A stretch of DNA of 48,262 nucleotides from an uncultured Dehalococcoidales bacterium (GTDB taxonomy: Bacteria > Chloroflexota > Dehalococcoidia > GIF9 > UBA5629), in NCBI GenBank assembly GCA_964485235.1, contig CAZAIO010000004.1, positions 1-48,262 on the forward strand, written 5' to 3'. The translations under genes were made by a program, and so were the position numbers. Of this stretch, positions 16,258 to 23,937 are shown one piece after another. Numbering within the stretch: the first letter of the stretch is position 1; every line of letters starts with the position of its first letter. The notes under the pieces were generated by a model. The model worked only from the letters and a program-made list of their open reading frames with translations, was not told where the DNA came from and ran no database searches.

Positions 16258-18096
16258 ATGAGTACCTTTATTGAACACTGGTCGATTGTCATTATTCCGG
16301 TTTTCGCATTTGCGGTAGTAGTATCGCTCTGGTATATCTTGTGGAGAGTTGGCTGGACTGCCTATAACCGGTGGGTACGCAAGAGTGGTTGGGTACAGAG
16401 TCACGTTATTTCCCGCGCTGCGAAATGGCCGTCTTTTTTCTGGGGTGTGCTCCTCGGTGTTGCGGTTTCGCTGACCGTTTCAAACCTGCCGGCAGGCTGG
16501 AAATCACTTGTATGCGATATTTTATGGAGTGCACTGGTTGTCTATATTACGTGGATTATCGTGCAGGTGAGCAATACGCTGCTGAACTTTTATCTCACGA
16601 GACTGAAAATTGAGGCCAGAATCATTTCCGGAGCAAAGAAAGCCGTTATTATAGTTGCCTGCTTTGTTGCTGCGCTGGTCATTTTGAATTTCTGGGGATA
16701 TACCACCGCAACGCTGCTGTTTGTCGTAGCTGTCTTTGTTTTGTTTGCACTGCTTCCGATACGTGATATGCTTCCCGACGTGTTGGCCGGATTTCACCTT
16801 TCTACCACGTGGCAGATAAAAAAACAGGACTATATCAAACTGGGCACGGGGGAGGAGGGATACGTTAATGAGATCGGCTGGATGAGAACTCAACTCAGGG
16901 CTCCGGATGATACTATTCTCCTTGTAGCCAACAGTAAGATAACCGGTACAACCGTAACCAATCTGGGACCGCACTCGATGAAAATCGAGTATGACAAGTT
17001 AAAAATATATACCGACAGAATTGAAGCGCTTATGCAGGAGATCGCCAACCAGAGAGATGAAATTCAGGCAATTCTCTCCAGCATGGCCGAGGGAATTGTC
17101 GTCCTGGATCCTGCCAACCGTGTGATCTCGTTAAATCCTGCAGCGGAGAAATTGCTCGGCGACGATGCACGTGAAGCTGTTGGAAAGGAGATCCAGTATT
17201 ATTTATCTGTCGACCGGAAAGATTTCACCGATACACTGATCAAGCAAAGTACCGGTGAGATGCCTTTGCTGCGGAAGAGGCTCGGCGACCGCGTATTAAG
17301 CATTGCCGTACAATCAGTGGAAAGCGGTGATACTCAGACCGGGAAAACAGTACTTGCTATTCGTGATATTACCGAGCTCGACCGTGTAGACCAGATGAAA
17401 TCGGAGTTTGTTTCCATGGTCTCTCATGAGCTGCGCACACCCTTGACATCGATAAAAGGTTACGTGGATATGGTATTCGACGGTGAGGCAGGGGCGATTA
17501 ATGAAGAGCAAAAGAGCTATCTCGAAGTGGCAAGAAGCAATACAGACCGTCTTATCGACCTGGTGAACGAGCTTCTCGATATTTCACGAATTGAAGCAGG
17601 AAGAATTGAACTGAAATTAAGAGCTGTTCCAATCCAGGACATTGTGCATTCGGTTGCTGTATCGCTACGTACCCAGATGGACGATAGCAATATCCGCTTG
17701 AAACTCGATATACCCGAAAGCCCTGTGATTGTATTTGCCGATGCGGGACGTATGACCGAAATTCTCACCAATCTGATTATTAATGCGAACCACTATTCAC
17801 CGTCCGGCGCTTCTATAACGGTCTCGATACATGTTTACGACGGAAAGGTACAGGTGGATGTAGCGGATACCGGAATCGGTATTGCACCTGAGGATGTGGA
17901 AAAAATATTCAACAAATTCTACCGTGTCGATAATTCTATTACGAGACAGGTCGGCGGGACAGGTCTGGGGCTGGCGGTAACGAAATCCCTCGTGGAGCTG
18001 CATGGCGGGCAGATCTGGGTAAAAAGCAGTCCCGGCGTAGGGAGTACTTTCAGTTTTACAGTACCGTTAGTGCCGGATGAAAACCCTACCGGCTAA
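16258..18096 (+). CDS. Sensor histidine kinase with an N-terminal MscS-like membrane/beta domain, coiled coil, PAS, HisKA and HATPase
   Basis: About five TM segments are followed by ALLPIRDMLPDVLAGFHL...QDYIKLGTGEEGYVNEIGWMRTQLRAPDDTILLVANSKITGTTVTNLG, the MscS TM3b plus beta-domain pattern. A PAS domain follows (ILSSMAEGIVVLDPANRVISLNPAAEKLLG). Then come the H-box SHELRTPLTSI, N-box NLIINANHYSP, G1 DTGIGI and G2 GGTGLGL. Confidence 0.85.
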   Translation: MSTFIEHWSIVIIPVFAFAVVVSLWYILWRVGWTAYNRWVRKSGWVQSHVISRAAKWPSFFWGVLLGVAVSLTVSNLPAGWKSLVCDILWSALVVYITWIIVQVSNTLLNFYLTRLKIEARIISGAKKAVIIVACFVAALVILNFWGYTTATLLFVVAVFVLFALLPIRDMLPDVLAGFHLSTTWQIKKQDYIKLGTGEEGYVNEIGWMRTQLRAPDDTILLVANSKITGTTVTNLGPHSMKIEYDKLKIYTDRIEALMQEIANQRDEIQAILSSMAEGIVVLDPANRVISLNPAAEKLLGDDAREAVGKEIQYYLSVDRKDFTDTLIKQSTGEMPLLRKRLGDRVLSIAVQSVESGDTQTGKTVLAIRDITELDRVDQMKSEFVSMVSHELRTPLTSIKGYVDMVFDGEAGAINEEQKSYLEVARSNTDRLIDLVNELLDISRIEAGRIELKLRAVPIQDIVHSVAVSLRTQMDDSNIRLKLDIPESPVIVFADAGRMTEILTNLIINANHYSPSGASITVSIHVYDGKVQVDVADTGIGIAPEDVEKIFNKFYRVDNSITRQVGGTGLGLAVTKSLVELHGGQIWVKSSPGVGSTFSFTVPLVPDENPTG

Positions 18097-19622
18097 GGTG
18101 TCCTCCCGTAAAGCATGGTCATTTCTTTCAATCTTTCCTTCATATTGTCTGTAAGCATATCGAATGTAAAGCGCCAGATCCAGTTCCCCGATGTCGTGCC
18201 GGGAAGATTCATCCGCGCTTCGCTTCCTAAACCGAGTATATCCTGCATGGGGAAGATAGCTGTGTCTGCAATAGACATGGATGCGAGTCTAATAAAGTCC
18301 CAGTTTATCTCATGACCGTCTGTGCCGATATAACGCAAAGCAAGCTGGCGCTCCTCATCGCTTTCTTTTTTTTCCAGCGTCGTCCGCCCTATGTCGCCTC
18401 CTGCGAACCATCCGATTGTAGTATTATTATCGTGAGTCCCTGTGTATGCCACACAATTCCTGACATAGTTATGCGGTTTATAATCATCGGCTTTCGGGTC
18501 GTTTCCGAAAGCAAATTGCAGTACTCTCATCCCCGGAATATTAAATTGCTCGCGTAGTGCGTCTACTTCGGGAGTTATTACACCAAGGTCCTCTGCAATT
18601 ATCGGAAAAGATCCCAATGCCTTTCCTATAGCTTTGAATAGTTTGACGCCGGGCGTAGGGACCCATCGGCCGTTCCTGGCTGTCGTATCTTTGCCGGGTA
18701 TTTCCCAGTATTTTTCGAATCCGCGAAAATGGTCGATGCGGATAATATCGACCAGCGAACGTGTTGCCTGCACACGTTCGATCCACCATGTGAACCCGTC
18801 CTGTTCCATAACATCCCATCGATAGATAGGATTTCCCCATAGTTGCCCGTTATCGCAGAAGTAGTCGGGTGGTACTCCTGCAACAACGAGAGGTTTTCCC
18901 TGTTCATCGAGCTGAAACATCTCTGGATTTACCCATACTTCGGCGCTATCGAGCGAAATAAATATAGGGATATCGCCGATAAAGTGGATTCCGTGTATGT
19001 TACAGTACTGTTTTAATTCCGACCATTGTTTGAAAAACTGGTACTGAAGATAGTGATAATACAGGATGTCGTCGGACAATCGGGCGTTCCATATTTTTAT
19101 CGCCTCCGGTTTCCTCCATTTGATATCGTCGTCCCATTCATTCCAGCTAATAAGGCCGTGCGCGTCTTTTATCGCCATATATGATGAATACAATTCAAGC
19201 CATGCGGCGTTTCGACTACAAAAATCATTGAATGCATCCTGTTGTGCTTTTTTCGTTCCCTTTTTAAAACTCTCGAACGATTTCCGGAGTATCCTGTTCT
19301 TGAAATTTATCACGGCGTTATAATTTACACTATCATCGTGAAAGAGCGGCAGGTCATTGAGGTCGCTATGGTTTAAAAGGCCTTCCTCAAACAGCCTTTC
19401 AGGGCTTATAAGCAGGTGGTTACCCGCTCTGCTGGAGAGACACTGGTATGGTGAACTACCGTAACCTGTGGGGCCAAGCGGCAGTACCTGCCACAATCGT
19501 TGTCCTGTTTGTATCAATAAATCTGCAAACCGGTAGGCTTCTTTGCCCAGGTCGCCTATGCCGAAACGTCCGGGAAGTGAGGTAGGATGAAGCAGGATCC
19601 CGCTTTTTCTTATATCTGACAT
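18093..19622 (-). CDS. malQ: 4-alpha-glucanotransferase (amylomaltase, GH77)
   Basis: SGILLHPTSLPGRFGIGDLG, IIRIDHFRGF, IIAEDLGVITPEV and YTGTHDNNT are GH77 catalytic-region motifs (509 aa). Confidence 0.9.
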   Translation of the reverse strand: MSDIRKSGILLHPTSLPGRFGIGDLGKEAYRFADLLIQTGQRLWQVLPLGPTGYGSSPYQCLSSRAGNHLLISPERLFEEGLLNHSDLNDLPLFHDDSVNYNAVINFKNRILRKSFESFKKGTKKAQQDAFNDFCSRNAAWLELYSSYMAIKDAHGLISWNEWDDDIKWRKPEAIKIWNARLSDDILYYHYLQYQFFKQWSELKQYCNIHGIHFIGDIPIFISLDSAEVWVNPEMFQLDEQGKPLVVAGVPPDYFCDNGQLWGNPIYRWDVMEQDGFTWWIERVQATRSLVDIIRIDHFRGFEKYWEIPGKDTTARNGRWVPTPGVKLFKAIGKALGSFPIIAEDLGVITPEVDALREQFNIPGMRVLQFAFGNDPKADDYKPHNYVRNCVAYTGTHDNNTTIGWFAGGDIGRTTLEKKESDEERQLALRYIGTDGHEINWDFIRLASMSIADTAIFPMQDILGLGSEARMNLPGTTSGNWIWRFTFDMLTDNMKERLKEMTMLYGRTP

Positions 19623-19647
19623 TTTCGATTCACACCTTTATTTCATA

Positions 19648-20979
19648 TTATAGAGGACATACCAGTACGGCAATTTCCGCAGGTTTGAGCACTATCATTG
19701 TACCGGCAGGCAGCACCCCTGACGACGATACTTCCTTTCTACAGGGATAATAAAGCCTTTGCACGGTATCCGGTGAGGTAAAATGTGTAATATCGACCGG
19801 CACGGGGTTATCCCATTTTTTATTTATCATAAGAAAAGCTTTCATGTCCGGCTGAAGATCTGATTGTCTTTCCAGTATGGTAATGTCATCGTTGACAACA
19901 GCGAATTTAATTATACCTTCGCCTTGGAACAATGGATGATCGAGTTTAAACCGGTTCGTCTCCTTGATAAAATGTTGAATATCGAAAAGCGGTGTTTCCC
20001 AATCGGACGGGCGCGTGGAGACTACGTCGGTCTTTTTCCTGAAGCCGTATTCATAGCCTATGGGAGCCATTAAACCGGCGGAAAAAAAGGAGGCAAAAGC
20101 ATATCGCTGTTTTTGTACTGCTTCATTACCGTTTGTATCCTGAGCCAGCCTGGTAGTATCGTGCGTTTCCGGAAATGATATGGACGGCGCTATTTTACCG
20201 AACATTTCATGTTGTTCGATACACCACGCTTGTTCAAAGTCCCACCATTTTGAGCTGTTGAAGAAGAAATGCAGCCCTGCAGACTTGAGCGCGAGCGCTT
20301 CATCTTCTGTACATCCGAGCGTCTCGGCAAAGAAAAGGACTTCCGGGTCGATTGCGATTGCTTCTTTGATGAGATAGCTCCAGAGGTCCGAGGGTACTTT
20401 ATACGCAGCGTCACATCGAAATCCCTTGAATCCGAGCCGCTGGTAGAAAACGATTAAATCAGCCCAGTATTTCCACAGGTTCTCTTTTTCGTTTGAATGC
20501 CTGTTATCGATCTCGGCAAGATCGCCCCACACGGTTACTTTACCCGGATCGTCAGGGTCAACCGCGTAAGGACTGGTTATCTTTCCATGGTCATCATGTA
20601 CGTACCACTCGGGATGCTCGACGGTGAGAGGACAATCCCGTGCGGTATGATTTATTACAAGGTCGATCATGGGCAGGATACCAAGTTTCATACACCTGTC
20701 AAGCAATTGTCTCAGGAGATCTATTCCATCTCCAGAATCGGGCGGGAGAAAATCGGGATTGATCCGATAATGATCTTTGATAGCATAGAGGCTCCCTGAG
20801 AAACCTGAATAGAATATCGGATTAATGAAAAGCCAGTTGAAGTTCATATCGATAGCGCGTTCGATATGTGTGTACCAGTCCGGCAGAGGGCCTGCAAGAC
20901 GGGGAAAAAGGTTATAAATAATCGGTACCTGTTTCAAGTTATCCACTATCAGTCCGTTTCCTTTCTCCTGTTTTAACAA
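19648..20979 (-). CDS. GH13 alpha-amylase-family protein, GlgE-like catalytic core without the GlgE N-terminal domains
   Basis: IYNLFPRLAG..MNFNWLFINPI..DLVINHTARD..HPEW..GFRCDAAYKVP..FFAETLG..FPETHDT runs parallel to the motif order of the GlgE encoded at 21926. The true start is probably GTG 20946, which follows AGGAGAAAGGAAA and lies downstream of the predicted promoter, rather than TTG 20979. Confidence 0.7.
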   Translation of the reverse strand: MLKQEKGNGLIVDNLKQVPIIYNLFPRLAGPLPDWYTHIERAIDMNFNWLFINPIFYSGFSGSLYAIKDHYRINPDFLPPDSGDGIDLLRQLLDRCMKLGILPMIDLVINHTARDCPLTVEHPEWYVHDDHGKITSPYAVDPDDPGKVTVWGDLAEIDNRHSNEKENLWKYWADLIVFYQRLGFKGFRCDAAYKVPSDLWSYLIKEAIAIDPEVLFFAETLGCTEDEALALKSAGLHFFFNSSKWWDFEQAWCIEQHEMFGKIAPSISFPETHDTTRLAQDTNGNEAVQKQRYAFASFFSAGLMAPIGYEYGFRKKTDVVSTRPSDWETPLFDIQHFIKETNRFKLDHPLFQGEGIIKFAVVNDDITILERQSDLQPDMKAFLMINKKWDNPVPVDITHFTSPDTVQRLYYPCRKEVSSSGVLPAGTMIVLKPAEIAVLVCPL

Positions 20980-20981
20980 AC

Positions 20982-21009
20982 GCTATAATTGTTCTCTTTT
21001 ACTATACAA
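20982..21009 (-). promoter_or_regulatory. Candidate promoter for the GH13-malQ operon
   Basis: The reverse strand reads TTGTAT (21009-21004), 16 nt, TATAGC (20987-20982). It directly abuts the 21011-21033 palindrome. Confidence 0.3.
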
Positions 21010-21010
21010 T

Positions 21011-21033
21011 ATCATACTCAAGGTGAGTATGAT
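21011..21033. repeat. Perfect 10-bp-arm palindrome ATCATACTCA-agg-TGAGTATGAT
   Basis: Read directly from the sequence. It lies between the gpmA stop (21071) and the GH13 promoter and start. Confidence 0.6.
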
Positions 21034-21070
21034 ATATATGAGGCTCCGAATTAGGCTAATAGTATCTCTT

Positions 21071-21763
21071 TTATTCCGTCAGATAGTAGCTTCGTAACGG
21101 TTTTAAATCACCGTCAAGCTCGTATATCAGCGGGATGCCCGTAGGTATGTTTAAATTCGGGATATCTTTGTCTGATATTGAATCGAGATATTTCACCAGC
21201 GCGCGCAGGCTGTTTCCGTGTGCCGATATTATGACCCGTTTTCCCGCCATTAACTGTGGAGTGATTGTAGAATGCCAGTACGGCAGGAAACGGTTTACAG
21301 TGTCCTTGAGGCTCTCGGTATAGGGGACATTTGATTTGTCTACATCTTTATATCTCGGGTCGTTTCCGGGGTAACGCTTGTCTGTTTTCTTTAGCTCAGG
21401 CGGACGTACATCGTAGCTTCTTCTCCATATGTGTACCTGTTCATCTCCGTACTTCTCTGCCATTTCCGTCTTGTTCAATCCCTGGAGCGCGCCGTAATGC
21501 CGTTCATTTAATCGCCAGGACAGGTTAACCGGAATCCACATCAGGTCCATTTCGTCAAGAACGATCCATAAAGTACGTATCGCTCTTTTCAGGACGGACG
21601 TGAAAGCGAGATCGAAAGTGTACCCGTGTTCTTTAAGCAGCTTGCCAGCCTGATGGGCTTCCGAAATTCCTTTTTCTGAAAGGTCGACATCTGTCCATCC
21701 GGTGAAGAGGTTCTCCTTATTCCAGATACTTTCACCGTGTCGTACTAATACCATTTGTAACAT
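21071..21763 (-). CDS. gpmA: 2,3-bisphosphoglycerate-dependent phosphoglycerate mutase
   Basis: [38 protein letters not shown] and [11 protein letters not shown] are present (230 aa). AAGAGG SD precedes the start. Confidence 0.92.
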   Translation of the reverse strand: MLQMVLVRHGESIWNKENLFTGWTDVDLSEKGISEAHQAGKLLKEHGYTFDLAFTSVLKRAIRTLWIVLDEMDLMWIPVNLSWRLNERHYGALQGLNKTEMAEKYGDEQVHIWRRSYDVRPPELKKTDKRYPGNDPRYKDVDKSNVPYTESLKDTVNRFLPYWHSTITPQLMAGKRVIISAHGNSLRALVKYLDSISDKDIPNLNIPTGIPLIYELDGDLKPLRSYYLTE

Positions 21764-21850
21764 GTATAGCCTCTTGATAATTGAAATAAATTATATTAAT
21801 TTTATCATAAGCACATCGAAGACAATTTACAGTACAATAAATGTCAGATA

Positions 21851-21879
21851 TTGATGTGATGATAGAACTCTTTTATAAT
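21851..21879 (+). promoter_or_regulatory. Candidate promoter for the glgE-treS-GT4-mak-GH57 operon
   Basis: TTGATG (21851-21856), 17 nt, TATAAT (21874-21879). Confidence 0.45.
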
Positions 21880-21925
21880 AACAAATCCGGTTATAACGGG
21901 TCGAAGCCGAAATGAATGAGAACAG

Positions 21926-23911
21926 GTGGTGATGATGAAGCCGAAGAATAGTGCAATTGTAATTGAAAATATATATCCCGAACTCGATTCGGGACGATAT
22001 CCGGTAAAACGTATTGCCGGAGAGCCGGTTAATGTATCCGCTGATATATTTAAAGAAGGTCATGATATTTTGTCAGCGGTCTTGAAATACCGCAGTAAAA
22101 AGGATACCGCGTGGCAGGAAATTCCGATGAGAGAAGGAGATAACGACCGGTGGTATGCTGAGTTTGTTCCGGTTGAGAATACCCGTTATGTTTACACCAT
22201 AGAAGCATATACCGATGTTTTCAGTTCCTGGAAGCGTAGCTTTATTATTAAAGCTGAAGCAGGAGAGGATATCGCCGGTGAATTGTTGGAGGGACAGCGA
22301 ATAATTGATGAGGCAATTGTGCGAGTGTCCGACAAAGACGGCAGAAAGCTCTCGACTTTTTTACAGGACCTGCGTAGCGCGGGCGATCAAATAGAGGCTG
22401 TCAGAATTGTAAGCAGCGAACAACTCGACCATATCATGGCGGAATGTCCCGATAAAAGCGATGCCATAGTTTATGACAGGGAACTGGATGTGATAGCCAA
22501 CCGGAAGCCGGCAGGATTTGCGGCGTGGTACGAAATGTTTCACCGGTCCCAGGGCAAAGTGCCCGGGAAAAGCGCTACATTCGCCGATTGCGAACAACGA
22601 CTGGCGGAAATCAAAAAAATGGGTTTCGACGTAATTTATTTGCCCCCAATCCATCCGATCGGCATGACTAACAGGAAAGGGCGTAATAATAAGGAAAAAG
22701 CAGGCCCCGGTGATCCGGGAAGCCCGTGGGCTATAGGAAATAGCCTTGGGGGGCATAAGTCTGTCAATCCGGAACTCGGCACGCTGGACGATTTCAAACA
22801 ATTTGTAAGCGCAGCAAATGCGCTGGATATCGAAATAGCACTGGACCTTGCCATCCAGTGTTCTGCCGATCATCCTTACCTGATAGAGCATCCGGAATGG
22901 TTTTTCAAGCGGCCGGACGGCTCGATCCGCTATGCAGAAAATCCTCCGAAGAAGTATCAGGATATCTATCCATTGAACTTTTACTGTGAGCAAAATGAAG
23001 CGCTCTGGGATGAATTAAAAAGCATCGTGCTCTTCTGGATAGAGTGCGGGGTGAAGACATTTCGTGTCGATAATCCCCATACAAAACCGTTTCAATTCTG
23101 GGAGTGGCTTATCGCGGACATACAGGAAACGTATCCTGATGTGATATTTCTGGCTGAGGCATTTACACGGCCAAAGGTGCTTAATTTCCTCGCAAAAGCC
23201 GGTTTCACGCAATCTTATACTTATTTTACGTGGCGTAATTTTAAGGAAGAGCTTATAGAATATATGACCGAACTTACTCAGTCCGGCCTCGCCGAGTATT
23301 TACAGGGAAATCTCTTTACAAACACTCCGGATATTTTACCCCCCATATTACAACGTGGAGGAAAGCCCGCTTTTAAAATGAGGCTTGCGCTTGCGGCAAC
23401 GCTTTCACCGGTATATGGTATTTATAATGGTTTCGAGTTGTGTGAGAATAGGGCCATTCCCGGCACTGAGGAATACCTGAATTCAGAGAAATATGAATAT
23501 AAAATCTGGGACTGGGATCGACCTGGAAATATTAAAGACTATATTGCAAGGATAAATACGATCAGAAAGGAAAATACTGCGCTTCAAGCTAACAGAAATC
23601 TTCGTTTTTATGATTCCGATAACGAAAATATACTGTTTTACGGCAAGGTATCGACAGCCAAAGACAATCTCATTTTTGTTGTGGTCAACCTCGACCCGTT
23701 TCAGATGCATGAGTCGACAATAACGATTCCTGTGGAAGAATTCGGCATCAGCAGTCACGAAAAATATATGGTTGATGAGTTGATAACGGGTACGACATAT
23801 TTATGGACGGGGAATACCCAGAAGATCACGCTCGACCCTGAAGTGGAGCCTGCAATGATCCTTCGCGTATCGCGATGGGCATATAAGGACTATGATACAC
23901 CCTGTTATTAA
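21926..23911 (+). CDS. glgE: Alpha-1,4-glucan:maltose-1-phosphate maltosyltransferase
   Basis: IENIYPELDSGRYPVKR, WYEMFHRS, MGFDVIYLPPIHPIGMTNRKGRNN, ENPPKKYQDIYPLNF, FRVDNPHTKP and FLAEAFT closely follow actinobacterial GlgE as I recall it. The start lies within 21926-21935, and ATG 21935 has the best spacing to AGGTGG. Confidence 0.9.
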   Translation: MVMMKPKNSAIVIENIYPELDSGRYPVKRIAGEPVNVSADIFKEGHDILSAVLKYRSKKDTAWQEIPMREGDNDRWYAEFVPVENTRYVYTIEAYTDVFSSWKRSFIIKAEAGEDIAGELLEGQRIIDEAIVRVSDKDGRKLSTFLQDLRSAGDQIEAVRIVSSEQLDHIMAECPDKSDAIVYDRELDVIANRKPAGFAAWYEMFHRSQGKVPGKSATFADCEQRLAEIKKMGFDVIYLPPIHPIGMTNRKGRNNKEKAGPGDPGSPWAIGNSLGGHKSVNPELGTLDDFKQFVSAANALDIEIALDLAIQCSADHPYLIEHPEWFFKRPDGSIRYAENPPKKYQDIYPLNFYCEQNEALWDELKSIVLFWIECGVKTFRVDNPHTKPFQFWEWLIADIQETYPDVIFLAEAFTRPKVLNFLAKAGFTQSYTYFTWRNFKEELIEYMTELTQSGLAEYLQGNLFTNTPDILPPILQRGGKPAFKMRLALAATLSPVYGIYNGFELCENRAIPGTEEYLNSEKYEYKIWDWDRPGNIKDYIARINTIRKENTALQANRNLRFYDSDNENILFYGKVSTAKDNLIFVVVNLDPFQMHESTITIPVEEFGISSHEKYMVDELITGTTYLWTGNTQKITLDPEVEPAMILRVSRWAYKDYDTPCY

Positions 23912-23937
23912 AAAAGATATAAAGTATAAAAGGCGAT

